In this document: in pieces, positions 1-10,103 of the stretch
Layout of the letters: each line of letters opens with the position of its first letter
Position numbering within the stretch: position 1 is the first letter of the stretch
DNA from: an uncultured Gemmatimonadales bacterium
GTDB lineage: Bacteria; Gemmatimonadota; Gemmatimonadetes; Longimicrobiales; Gaopeijiaceae
Length of the DNA: 64,000 nucleotides
Reading direction: 5' to 3'
Assembly: GCA_963823035.1 (NCBI GenBank)
Contig: CAWGKG010000021.1
Span: 64,001-128,000 of the forward strand
Made by a program: the position numbers and the translations under genes
Notes under the pieces: model-generated
The model's database searches: none
Seen by the model: only the letters and a program-made list of their open reading frames with translations
Told to the model about the DNA's origin: nothing

Positions 1-729
1 CGCGGGGACCCGAGCGGCGGGGAGTACCACGACTACGACGTGGAGGTGCGTCCCGGCTACGTGGTGCTCGACGCGGTGCGGGGGGTGCAGGCGGAGCAGG
101 CGCACGACCTGGCCGTGCGCTGGAACTGCAAGGCTGGGCGCTGCGGCTCGTGCTCGGCCGAGATCAACGGCATGCCCAAGCTCATGTGCATGACCCGCCT
201 GGACGACCTGCCGGCGGACAAGCCGATCACCGTGGAGCCGATGCGTGCGTTCCCGCTCATCCGCGACCTGGTCACGGATGTCTCGTGGAACTTCGAGGTC
301 AAGAAGAAGATCAAGCCGTTCAAGCCGGGGCCGCCCGATCGCGAGGACGGCACGCGCACGATGCACCAGGCGGACGCCGACCGGGTGATGGAGTTCCGCA
401 AGTGCATCGAGTGCTTCCTGTGCCAGGACGTGTGCCACGTCCTGCGCGACCACGGGAAGCACGACGCGTTCATCGGCCCGCGCTTCATGGTGCACACAGC
501 GGGGCTCGAGATGCACCCGCTCGACACGGCCGACCGGCTCGACGACTTGCGCACGCAGCACGGCATCGGGTATTGCAACATCACCAAGTGCTGCACCAAG
601 GTCTGTCCCGAGGGGATCACGATCACGGACAACGCGATCATCCCCCTGAAAGAGAGGGTGGTGGATCGAGCGTACGATCCCCTGACGAAGCTGGTTCAGC
701 TCGTGCTCGGGAAACCGAAGAAGGACTGA
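1..729 (+). CDS. sdhB: Succinate dehydrogenase/fumarate reductase iron-sulfur subunit (5' end outside window)
   Basis: Frame is open from base 1. 2Fe-2S motif WNCKAGRCGSC...C, then CIECFLCQDVC and CNITKCCTKVCP cluster motifs. Confidence 0.93.
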   Translation, partial: RGDPSGGEYHDYDVEVRPGYVVLDAVRGVQAEQAHDLAVRWNCKAGRCGSCSAEINGMPKLMCMTRLDDLPADKPITVEPMRAFPLIRDLVTDVSWNFEVKKKIKPFKPGPPDREDGTRTMHQADADRVMEFRKCIECFLCQDVCHVLRDHGKHDAFIGPRFMVHTAGLEMHPLDTADRLDDLRTQHGIGYCNITKCCTKVCPEGITITDNAIIPLKERVVDRAYDPLTKLVQLVLGKPKKD

Positions 730-762
730 GGGGCCTGAAGGCCGCGCGGCCGAGGAGGTGGC

Positions 763-1263
763 ATGTACGAGCTCAAGAAGCTGTCGCACGAAGGGATCGA
801 GGGCGCACGCAAGAAGGCGCTGCACTACCGGCTCCTCAATCAGCCCTTCCTGGCCGAGAGCATCTGCCGCGACGTCCTGGAGGTCGAGCCGGGCGACCAG
901 GAGACGCTGGTCACGCTGTGCCTGTCGCTCTGCGACCAGTTCGGCGTGGAGGGCGGGGCCTCGGCGACTGCGGCGATGGAACTCGTGTCACGGCTCACGG
1001 GCGACTACGAGCGGCACTATTACGCGGGGATCGTCTGCGAGCGGACGGCGTTCGCGAAGCTGGCGCTCGCCACGCACGCCTCGGGGCACCTGGCATACGA
1101 CTGGCTGATGCGCGCGATGAAGCACTACGAGGACGCGGCGGAGCTGCGGCCGGCGGGCAACGACGACGCGCTCCTGAGGTGGAACACGTGCGCGCGGCTG
1201 ATCGACAGCCGCTCCGATGTGCACGAGGCGCACGACGAGCCGGTGCATACGCTCCTGGAGTAG
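763..1263 (+). CDS. Conserved hypothetical alpha-helical (TPR-like) protein downstream of sdhB
   Basis: 166 aa ORF with GGAGG RBS before the ATG, typical codon usage, and helical repeat-like segments (YRLLNQP..AESICRDVL, YYAGIVCER, A..HYEDA). Confidence 0.8.
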   Translation: MYELKKLSHEGIEGARKKALHYRLLNQPFLAESICRDVLEVEPGDQETLVTLCLSLCDQFGVEGGASATAAMELVSRLTGDYERHYYAGIVCERTAFAKLALATHASGHLAYDWLMRAMKHYEDAAELRPAGNDDALLRWNTCARLIDSRSDVHEAHDEPVHTLLE

Positions 1264-1314
1264 CCGTTCGTCCGGGTGCCCTTGGGGGCGCCTTTTGCGG
1301 CTTCGTGGTAGGGC

Positions 1315-1448
1315 GCGGGCCGGCGGCGTGGCCCCTTGGCGAGACCGCTCGGCCGCTTGTTCGTCGGCGTCCTCATGCTCACTCGGCTTGCCTCGCTCGG
1401 CCGCTACGCGCGGCCGAGTCTCGCTACGGGGCCACGCCGCCGGCCCGC
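1315..1448. repeat. Long imperfect inverted repeat (REP/MITE-like or bidirectional terminator hairpin)
   Basis: Perfect 21-bp arms GCGGGCCGGCGGCGTGGCCCC (1315-1335) and GGGGCCACGCCGCCGGCCCGC (1428-1448), with inner pairing GCGAGA/TCTCGC and CTCGGCCGC/GCGGCCGAG. Lies between convergent genes. Confidence 0.8.
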
Positions 1449-1613
1449 TCCGGGCACTTTGGGCGGGGGCGCCTCCACCTTTGCGGCGGGCTACTCATCC
1501 CCGTCGCACCTTGGGCGCGCGGGCCGGGTGGTCGTGCCCGGCGGGCGGGTAGGGCCCACCTGGTGGGTGGTGGGCGGGTCGGCCTTCGGCCTCCGCCCAC
1601 ACTCGTCCGCCCT

Positions 1614-4436
1614 CATCCTCATCCTCCTCCTCCGGCGGCGGCCAGGATCTGGTCGGCTCTTTGTCGGGCTTCAGTCGACCATGGCGGTCGCGCGTTGGTC
1701 GGCCTCCTGCTCGATGCCCTTTGCCTTGTCCTCCGCCTCCTTGCGGATGCGGTCGGCTACGGGCTTGGCGGCGGTCTTCGCTATGGGGTTCTTCGCCTCG
1801 GCCAGGAGCTGGTCGGCGCGGCGGTTGCCCTCGGCGCGTACCTCGTCGGCGAGCTTCTTGGCCTCCGCGCGGATCTGCTCGGCGCGGCGTTCGGCGTCCG
1901 CGACGAGGCTGTCGGCGCGCGCCTGGGCGTCGCGTAGGGCACGGGCCCTCGCGGTGTCGACGCGGGCTTCCGCCGAGTCGACGCGCTCCCGCACGGCCTC
2001 TCCGGCGGCAGCCTTCACCTGGTCGCCGGCCGACGACACCACCCCGCCCAGGTCGGCCCGGACGGACGGGTCGGTGACGGTGCCGGCCAGCGCCACAGCA
2101 AGGTCGATCGAGTCGGCGGTCTGCAGGTCGACGCCGGCGCGTCCGGCCTTCGACACCAGGTCACGCACGACCTTCTCGGCGCCGGTGCCGAGGGCGGCGC
2201 GCGGCACGGCCAGCGAGAGTTGGTAGTCCAGCGACTGGTCCACGCCGTTCGAGCCGGCAACACCCATGCGGAAGTTGCCGACCTTCACCGTGAAGGGGCG
2301 GACGTGCAGCCGCCCGTCGCGGATCTCGATCGTGGAGCGGATGGCTGCGAAGGTCGGGTTGTTGAGCTGCGGCAGGCTGAGGACGCTCGCGATGCGGTCG
2401 AGCGGCGGGAAGTTCTCGAGCGTGAGCTTCGAAGTCAGGAGCGAGCCGTTCCCGTCGAGCGCGGAGAAGAGCGGCTTCATGTCGGCTCCGAGCGCTCCCC
2501 CGAGATCGAGACGCGAGGAGAAGGCCCCCCGCGCGAAGCGCGCCACCGGAGCCAGAGCGCGCACGGTGGCCAGCGCCTCCGCAGAGCGGGCGATGTCGAG
2601 GCTGTCCAGATTCAGGCTGACGCCGAAGGTCGGGCGGGTGGGCTCGGTGGTCTCGTAGAAGCCGTCGACGTCGATCGACCCGCCGAGCCCCCGCATCGTG
2701 AAGTGGTCCAGCGTCACCCGCTGGTCCTTCACGTGCAGGCTCCCGTGGGCGTCCGACATCTCCAACGCGTCGTACCGGAGTTGAGCGACCGTCGCCACGA
2801 GGGTGAGGTCCACGCCCGCCGGGACCGGGATCACCTCGAGCTCGCGATCCTTCGACTTCCATTCGCCCAGGTCGAAGAGCCGGCTGGTGAGCGTCGCCCG
2901 GCCACGCAGCTCCTCGTCGCGCAGCACGTAGCCGAGGAGGTTGTCGACGGAGCCCGTCGCGTCCAGGTCGCTGCTGCCGAGCTGCGCGCGCAGGGTTCGC
3001 AGCTCCGCCCGCTGCGGCGACAGGACGAGCATCCCTTCCTGGATGGTGATGGGTCGTGGGAGGGTGGAGGAGCGGATCGTGACGTCCTTCGCCGAGACGG
3101 TGCCGCTTGCCGCGACGCGGTCCCAGCGCGCCGCATCGACGTCCGACAGCCGCGCCCGGATCGCAGCGTCCGCCGCCACGGAGCCGCTCAGCTCCTCCAC
3201 CTTCTCCATCTTCACCGTGCGAGGCACGTCGGCCAGGTCGAGCGTGCCCTTCACGCGGAAGTCGACGTCGGGATCCGACACCGGGGTGCGCAGCGTCATC
3301 GACGCGTCCACCGGCTCGTCGCCGAACACCATGTGGAAGCGGTCGAGGCGCACCACCGTGCTGTCGACGTCGCCGCCGGGGTTGTCGATGGCGAGCGCGA
3401 GGGAGATGTCGCGAGCCGGAAGAGGCAGGTCCGGATAGCGGAACGTCCCGTCCGCCACCTCGGCGTTCAGCGCGAAGGAGGGGAACGTCCCCTCGCCGAG
3501 CCCTCCCTGGACCTTCCCGCGAACCGTGAAGGTCCCCGAGGTCTCGAGCGCCTGGAAGTCGTGGGCGTACACGGCCGGCACGAGCGACAGGATCTGCGCG
3601 AACTCGGTGCGCGGTGCCGCGAAGGTCACGTCGAGCGCGAGGTCGTCTCCGGAGGCGTCCGCCGTTCCCGAGAACTCGAGCGCCAGGTCGTTCAGGCGCA
3701 GCTCGTTGTCCCGGAAGGTGAAACGCCGGTTGGCCATGTCGGCCTCGATGGCGGCGTCGAAGTCGAGGGCGACCCGGTCCAGATAGGAAACGCCGGCGAA
3801 GCGCACGGTGGCGGTGTCGGCGTGCGTACGGCTCTGGGCGACGAGATGCTCCTTCGAGAAGTCACCGCTCAGCTCGTGGCGCAGACCCGCGATCGACGCG
3901 AACAGCCCCGTCTGCCGATTCTCGAAGAGCACGCTCCCGTCCTCGACCCCGAGGCCGCGCAACTGGACCGCGAGTGCCCGCGAGGACGGCGTCGTCTCCG
4001 ACGCGGGCTCGGCGCCGCTTCCGCGGGCGACGTCCCAGTTGGTGGCGCCGTCCTCGAGCACGATCAGGTGCAGGTCGGGCCGATCGAGTTGAACGGAGCG
4101 GACCCGCACGGGCGCGCCGCGCCGCCATGCACCGAACAAGCTGCCCAGGTCGAGCACGAGGCCGAAGCGGTCCATCGCGACGAGCGTGTCGGCAGCGAAG
4201 CGGTCCACGCCCACCACCGTGAGGTCGTCGAGGGAGAACGTCAGGTTCGGGAAGTCGCGCAGGAAGCTCAGCCCCACGCCGCTCCAGTCCACGTGGGCGT
4301 CCACCGCCGCGTCGATGGCCGTGTGGGCCCGCGCCACGATGCGATCCTTGAAGAGGAGGGGAAGCGCGAGAAGCACGACGAGCAGCAGGCCGAGGAGCGC
4401 GCCCGCGGCGATCAGGATCTTCTTGCCCAACGACAT
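1614..4436 (-). CDS. AsmA-family (bridge-like lipid transfer) protein with C-terminal coiled coil
   Basis: N-terminal TM anchor (KKILIAAGALLGLLLVVLLALPLLF), long beta-rich repeats, A/E/R-rich coiled tail. The ORF stop at 1671 is created by one extra T; removing it reads ...AMVDEARQRADQILAAAGGGG*. End coordinate approximate. Confidence 0.85.
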
Positions 4437-4611
4437 GCTTCACCTCGATGGATGCGACCGCGCCTACCGGGGTTGCCGGCGGCCTTCCGACGCAAGAGCG
4501 GGGCCAGGTTCCCAGCCGGAGTCGGCGTGTCACGGCGGGAGTGAACGTTGTTCAATCTCGGGCCGCTCGGCTACGTCTGCGCGGTGTGGCTGCCGGAGGT
4601 ACCGAGGGCGC

Positions 4612-4682
4612 CTCCCCTCCGTGAGGTCGGCCGCCGTCCCCCCCGACATCGATCCCCGGCGGCCTCCCTCGACGGAGGGGAG
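4612..4682 (-). terminator. Hairpin directly downstream of the serpin gene
   Basis: CTCCCCTCCGT (4612-4622) pairs with ACGGAGGGGAG (4672-4682), with inner GGCCGCCG/CGGCGGCC. No clear U-tract. Confidence 0.45.
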
Positions 4683-4683
4683 T

Positions 4684-5967
4684 TCAGTGGCAGACGCCCT
4701 CGAACGGCTCCGGGCCCGGGTCCTCGGCCGTGGGATCCCCGATCATCCCGGCGAAGAGGATCGTCCCGGAGAGGCGCTCACGGATGGCGAACGCGAAGGG
4801 GTGATCCGCGACGAGCCCGAGGAAGGACGTCGCCCCGATGCCCACGCCCGTGACCGCGGCCGCGCGGGTCCCGCGCTCATCGACCTGGATGAACGTCTTC
4901 TGGCGCACGAAGTCGATGCAGAGTCGGTCGCCGACGGGCGACATGGCGGTGAAGTCGGCTCCCGGCGCGAAGGCTACCCCCATCCCCATCGCCTTCAGCG
5001 CGTCGTTCAGGTAGGCGTCGTAGTCCAGCGTGAACTTCGGGATGGAGACCAGGTCCACCTTCGTAGGGTTCAGCCCCGCGATGATCGCGTCCCACCCGTC
5101 GGCGTCGAGTCCCGAGAGGAAGGCGCGCGTTTCGGTCGTGAAGGCGTTCGGCACCACCACGAGCATCGAGAAGGCGCCGCCCCCGTACGGAAGCTCCACC
5201 GCCTGGTAGCCGGCGCCCCCGCCCAGCGGCAGCTCGACCCCGTCCAGGCTCATCATGTCGACCTGCACGGTGGAGCCGTCCTCGCGGGTGAACGTGGCCG
5301 GGTGCGTGTCGGCGGGGTCGAAGCGCGTGGTCCAGGAGCCCTCGAAGTAGATCGCGTTCAGGAGCAGCATCACCAGGTTGGGGTCCAGGCCGTCGACGAT
5401 GCCGTCGATCAAGCCGTCCGTGCTGTCCGATACCCATCCGTTGATCGCGGCCAGCGTGGCCGGCGAGGCGAAGTCGCTCGACTCGACCTTCGCGTCGAAG
5501 GCGGCGCGCACGGCCTGGAAGAAGGCGTCGTGGAACGGCACGTCCTGGTTCGCCCAGATCGCGTTGGCGATCGCGAAGCGGACCTCCGGGTCCAGGTCGG
5601 ACAGGAGGTCGATGAGGCCGCGGTAGGCCTGGTTGATCTCCGCCTGGGACAGGGAGCCGAAGCCGAGCGTGGAGCGCATGGCGTCGAACGTCGCGTTGGC
5701 GGCGCCGTTCATGGTCATCCCCAGCGCCATCGACGCGCTCAGGGGCGAGAGGATCACGTTCGGGCGCTCGTCCGTGTCGACCATGCGCGCGAGGAGCGCC
5801 AGACCGAAGGCGTTCGCGTCGCCGATGACCGTCACCTCGGCGGGCGAGAGGGCGCGCGGGAGCTCGGTGATCGGGTCTTCGCCGGGGCCCGTCGGCTCAC
5901 CGCCGCACGAAGCGAGCAGGAGCACGGCAGGGAGGAGGGTCCGGAGATCGATCGTCTTCATGTGCAT
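4684..5967 (-). CDS. Serpin (serine protease inhibitor I4), predicted lipoprotein
   Basis: Lipobox LLLASC, NVILSPLS, INGWVSDST, LLNAIYFEGSW, hinge DERGTRAAAVT, and C-terminal ADHPFAFAIRE..SGTILFAG. Confidence 0.93.
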   Translation of the reverse strand: MHMKTIDLRTLLPAVLLLASCGGEPTGPGEDPITELPRALSPAEVTVIGDANAFGLALLARMVDTDERPNVILSPLSASMALGMTMNGAANATFDAMRSTLGFGSLSQAEINQAYRGLIDLLSDLDPEVRFAIANAIWANQDVPFHDAFFQAVRAAFDAKVESSDFASPATLAAINGWVSDSTDGLIDGIVDGLDPNLVMLLLNAIYFEGSWTTRFDPADTHPATFTREDGSTVQVDMMSLDGVELPLGGGAGYQAVELPYGGGAFSMLVVVPNAFTTETRAFLSGLDADGWDAIIAGLNPTKVDLVSIPKFTLDYDAYLNDALKAMGMGVAFAPGADFTAMSPVGDRLCIDFVRQKTFIQVDERGTRAAAVTGVGIGATSFLGLVADHPFAFAIRERLSGTILFAGMIGDPTAEDPGPEPFEGVCH

Positions 5968-6116
5968 CGGGCTTCGTCGGTTCGGAGGCGAGTCGTCCGT
6001 CCTACCCGGAAGGGAACGATCCGGGTGCACGCCACGTGACGAATTCCCTGGCAACATCCGGGCCGGACGGCGTATAGTCAGGGTCCGAAGACCTTCCCGC
6101 TGACAGGAGTAGTACC

Positions 6117-6827
6117 ATGAAACGGTCCCTCGCATCCACCGCGGCCGTCTCCGCGGTGGCCGCTCTCGCGCTGATGTGCGGCACCCATACGGCCCAGGCC
6201 CAGGAGACCGCGCGCAAGGTATCCAACGGGGGGATCATGGTGCCCGGGTGGATGGGCACGCTCGACCCCAACGACAGGGCCGGCGGTGAGATGCTCGAGC
6301 ACTCCCGGCTCACCAAGGAGGGAGACGCCCTCCACGTCACGACGGGTCCGGCGGTCGCGTACTGGAATCCGACGAGCACCGCCAGCGGCGCGTATACGGT
6401 GAGCGCGACGTTCACCGAGCCGCAGTACATGAACCTGAACGATCACCCGCACCCCTACGGGATCATGGTCGGCGGCAACGACATGGGGACGGACAAGCAG
6501 AGCTACCTGTACTGCGCGGCGTACGGCACGGGCGCCTTCATCGTACGCGGATTCGGACCCGAGCCGTTCCAGATGAACGGGCGGCGCGCCGAGATGAACG
6601 ACGCCGTGCACAAGGCCGCCGAGAAGGGCGCGTCCGTGACGCAGGAGATCGCCGTCACCGTGACGAGCGACGCGGTGAAGTGCTCGATCAACGGCACCGA
6701 GGTGGCGAGCTATCCGAAGTCGGAGGTGGTCGGCGCCGGCAAGCTCACGTCGACCGACGGCGTCTACGGCGTCCGCTTCGGGCACAACACCGAGGGCACG
6801 GTCACGGGCCTGACCGTCTCGCACTAG
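6117..6827 (+). CDS. Secreted hypothetical beta-rich protein (possible lectin/concanavalin-like fold)
   Basis: AGGAG RBS, signal peptide ending AQA, beta-strand-rich mature part. Fold is inference. Confidence 0.75.
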   Translation: MKRSLASTAAVSAVAALALMCGTHTAQAQETARKVSNGGIMVPGWMGTLDPNDRAGGEMLEHSRLTKEGDALHVTTGPAVAYWNPTSTASGAYTVSATFTEPQYMNLNDHPHPYGIMVGGNDMGTDKQSYLYCAAYGTGAFIVRGFGPEPFQMNGRRAEMNDAVHKAAEKGASVTQEIAVTVTSDAVKCSINGTEVASYPKSEVVGAGKLTSTDGVYGVRFGHNTEGTVTGLTVSH

Positions 6828-6847
6828 GCGGTCGTCGAAGTCCATCG

Positions 6848-8188
6848 ATGCACCGTTCGCGCCGGCCACCCGCACGCCACCTCGTACGGGGGCTCGCGCC
6901 GCTCGTCCTGCTGATCGCGACGACCTCGCCGCGGCCGGCCGCGGCGCAGCGGGAGCCGGCGCGAACGGTGGCGCTGACGCACGTGACCGTCATCGACGGC
7001 ACGGGCGCGGCGGCGCTTCCCGATCGCACGATCCTCATCCGGGGTGACCGGATCGAGGCCGTGTTCCCGAGCGGCACGCGGTCCCTCCCCGACTCCGCCG
7101 AAGTGGAGGACCTGTCCGGGCGCTGGGTCATCCCCGGGCTGATCGACGCGCACGTGCACGTGACAGGCGGCCCCCGGAGCGCCGCCGACTACGAGGAGGA
7201 GCTCGGCTGGATGGTCCGCGGCGGCGTCACGGCCGTCCGGGACATGGCCGGTGACGCGCGCATCCTCGCCTGGCTCGCACGCGCCGCGGAGCTGGACGAG
7301 ATCGCCGCGCCCGACATCCGCTACAGCGCCCTGATGGCCGGCCCGACCTTCTTCGCCGAGGACGCGCGCGTGGCCGGGGCGGCGGAGGGGCTCATGGTCG
7401 GCGCGGCGCCGTGGATGCGCGCGGTGACCGGCGCCACCGACGTCCGGATGGCGGTTGCCGAGGCACGCGGGACGGGCGCCTCCGCCCTCAAGCTGTACGC
7501 CAACCTCCCGGCGAGCCTGCTCGACGAGCTGGTGGCCGAGGCGCACCGGGAGGGCCTCCTCGCCTGGGCGCACGCCACGGTCTTCCCGGCGCGGCCGAGC
7601 GAGGTGGTGGCGGCGGGCGCGGACGTCCTGTCGCACACGGCCTACCTCGTGTGGGAGGCGGCCGGGCGCGTGCCGCAGGATTACTCCGTCCGGGCCATGG
7701 GGGACTTCGAGCACACCCGGCCGGACGATCCCCGCATCCTGGCCGTGCTGGACTCCATGAAGGCGCGCGGCACGATCCTCGACGCCACGCTGTGGGTGTT
7801 CGAGCGGAGCGAGGGCCGGAACCCCGACGGCGTCGGCGCCGGGATCGCGGAGTGGGGCGCGGCGGTGACGCGCATCGCCCACGAGCGCGGCGTGCTGGTG
7901 GACGCGGGAACGGACGGGATGGGGAGCCCGGCCGACACCGTCCCCAACGTGCACCGCGAGATGGCGTCGCTGGTGGCGCACGCGGGCTTCACGCCGTTGG
8001 AGGCGATCGGGGCGGCCACCCGCGTGGCCGCGATGGCCTTGGGGATCGAGGCCACGCACGGCACGGTGTCACCCGGCAAGATGGCCGACCTCGTCGTCCT
8101 CTCCGCCGACCCGGGCCGCGACGTCGTGAACACGCGCTCGATCGTGCGCGTGTTCAAGCACGGACGGGCGTACGAGCCGGGAGGATGA
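6848..8188 (+). CDS. Secreted amidohydrolase family protein
   Basis: Signal peptide, VTVIDGTG, PGLIDAHVH metal motif, AGTD, GKMADLVVL. Confidence 0.9.
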   Translation: MHRSRRPPARHLVRGLAPLVLLIATTSPRPAAAQREPARTVALTHVTVIDGTGAAALPDRTILIRGDRIEAVFPSGTRSLPDSAEVEDLSGRWVIPGLIDAHVHVTGGPRSAADYEEELGWMVRGGVTAVRDMAGDARILAWLARAAELDEIAAPDIRYSALMAGPTFFAEDARVAGAAEGLMVGAAPWMRAVTGATDVRMAVAEARGTGASALKLYANLPASLLDELVAEAHREGLLAWAHATVFPARPSEVVAAGADVLSHTAYLVWEAAGRVPQDYSVRAMGDFEHTRPDDPRILAVLDSMKARGTILDATLWVFERSEGRNPDGVGAGIAEWGAAVTRIAHERGVLVDAGTDGMGSPADTVPNVHREMASLVAHAGFTPLEAIGAATRVAAMALGIEATHGTVSPGKMADLVVLSADPGRDVVNTRSIVRVFKHGRAYEPGG

Positions 8189-8217
8189 GCGCCGAGCTCC
8201 GCGGCGACGTCGATCGA

Positions 8218-8968
8218 CTAGCTGGGATCCTCCCCGAGCGAAGCGTAGTAGCCGGCGATCCGCTGCTTCACTCCGGCGCGCGTGTACACGTCCTCGCGCC
8301 CCGAGTCGATGACCTGCGCGATGACCTCCGCCACCTCATGCGCCGTCTGACCCTCCGGGAAGTCCCGTGAGTCGGGGCCGCCGTGGCGCGCGCTCAGCCC
8401 GAAGTCCGTGTAGACCACGCCGGGTGACACGAGGGAGATCGTGATGCCCGGGTCGGTCTGCTCGAGCTCGGCGCGGAAGCACGTCGGTGAGCGCGTTCAT
8501 GTAGTGCTTGGCGCCGCAGTACGCGGAGCGGATCGTCGCGAACGGGACGCGCCCCAGCAGCGACGACACGTTCACCACCTGCCCGTCTCCGCGCTCCCGG
8601 AAGTGCGGCAGCACCTCCTGCATGCCGTAGAGGACGGACTTGACGTTCACGTCCATCATCTCGTCGACGTCCTCTTCGGTGAGCTGCGTGGGCATCCTGC
8701 TGATGCCCCGGCCGGCGTTGTTCACCCAGGCGTCGATGCGACCGAAGCGCGCGATCGCCTCCGAGACCGCCCGGCGGACGTCGACCCGCTTCGTCACGTC
8801 CGCCTGGACGACGAGCGCTTCCGAGCCACAGCGCTCGGCCACCTCAGCGAGCTTGTCCGCGCGGCGGGCGACGAGCACGACGGCGTCGCCGCGTCCGGCC
8901 AGGATCTCCGCGAGCGTGGCGCCGATACCGCTGCTCGCACCCGTGATCACCACCACCTTCTTCGCCAA
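8218..8968 (-). CDS. Short-chain dehydrogenase/reductase (frameshift near 8487)
   Basis: TGASSGIG, NNAG and YCGAK motifs. The C-terminal part (SPGVVYTDFG) is in another frame. Confidence 0.88.
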
Positions 8969-9068
8969 GGGAGGGCCCCCTTCCTCCGGGTTCTCGTGCC
9001 CGACGCACGGACGTGCGCCGGCGAGCCCGACGGTAGGGTCGGCCGCCGGCCGCCGCCAGCACGGGCTG

Positions 9069-10101
9069 CTAGCCGGAGACCTTCCCGCGCATCCCCCGGT
9101 AGATGAAGACGGTGTACGCCGCCACCAGCATCATCCCCGGAATCCACCAGAAGAGGGCGATGCGCATCCCGTGCACGGGCCCTGCCGCGTTGGCGATGGT
9201 GAGGGAGGCCGCCGTGTCGCCGCTCGAGGGGAGGACCATCGGGTAGAGCCCGAACGATACGGAGAGCAGCATCCCCACGAGGAAGGCGACGGATCCCAGG
9301 AAGGCGCCGAGCTCCCGGCCGCGGCGGCGCATCGCGAAGCTGGTGCCCAGCCCGGCCAGCGCGAGCAGCGGGAAGACGTAGCCGAGCGGCAGGGTCGCGC
9401 AGCCGCTCGGGCACGTGCGGCTGGACGCGGAACGTGAAGACGGTGAGGAGCGCCACGGCGGCCAGGACGAGCGGCCAGCTCCACGCGGCCACCGTGTTGG
9501 CGCGCGCTCGCACGGGATCGTGCGTCTTGAGCGCCACCCACAGAGCGCCGTGGTGCGCGAGCGCGAGCGCGCTGGTCACCCCCACCGTCACGGTGAACCA
9601 GTCCAGGATGCCCGTGCGCGGCCCGCTGGGTGGTGAAGTCGGTCCACAGCGGCGAGAAGAACCAGCCCTCGGCGTCCAGCGACACGCCCCGCACGACGTT
9701 GCCGAGCGCGGCGCCCAGGAAGACGGTCAGGAGGAGGCTCGCCGCGCAGAACGTCACGTCCCAGAAGGGACGCCAGACGGGGCTGTCCACGTGGCCGCGA
9801 AGCTCGATCGCCACCGCCCGGAGGATCAGCAGCCAGAGGACGGTCATGAGCGGGAGGTAGAACCCGCTGAAGCTCGAGGCGTACAGGCGCGGGAAGGCCA
9901 GCACCAGCGAGCCGCCGGCCGTGAGCAGCCAGACCTCGTTGGCGTCCCACACCGGCCCGATGCTGCGCAGCACCGCGCGGCGCTCGCCGATCCGTGCGTG
10001 CCACCAGCGGGATAGATCGCGCCGGCCCCAAGGTCGAATCCGTCCAGCACGACGTACATGGTGAGGAGCGCGGCAACCAGCCAGAACCAGAGCGTCGCCA
10101 T
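9069..10101 (-). CDS. cydB: Cytochrome bd ubiquinol oxidase subunit II (several frameshifts)
   Basis: MYVVLDGFDLGAG, IGPVWDANEVWL, AFPRLYASSFSGFY, LRAVAIELR, LTIANAA found across successive frames. Confidence 0.92.
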
Positions 10102-10103
10102 GG

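Noticed and set aside
1671..1673. TGA near the end of the AsmA-like gene as possible selenocysteine or readthrough
   Set aside because: The natural continuation is in a shifted frame, consistent with one inserted base.
150..4544. Long alternative-frame ORFs (150..1937, 1336..2226, 2220..4544) and similar ones window-wide (e.g. 14750..16696, 44765..46435, 58822..61389)
   Set aside because: Arg/Gly/Pro-rich shadow ORFs overlapping motif-supported genes; expected in roughly 70% GC DNA.
4543..4553. GAAC-N3-GTTC as a LexA (Cheo) box
   Set aside because: The spacer is 3 nt rather than 4, and the downstream gene is not a typical SOS gene.
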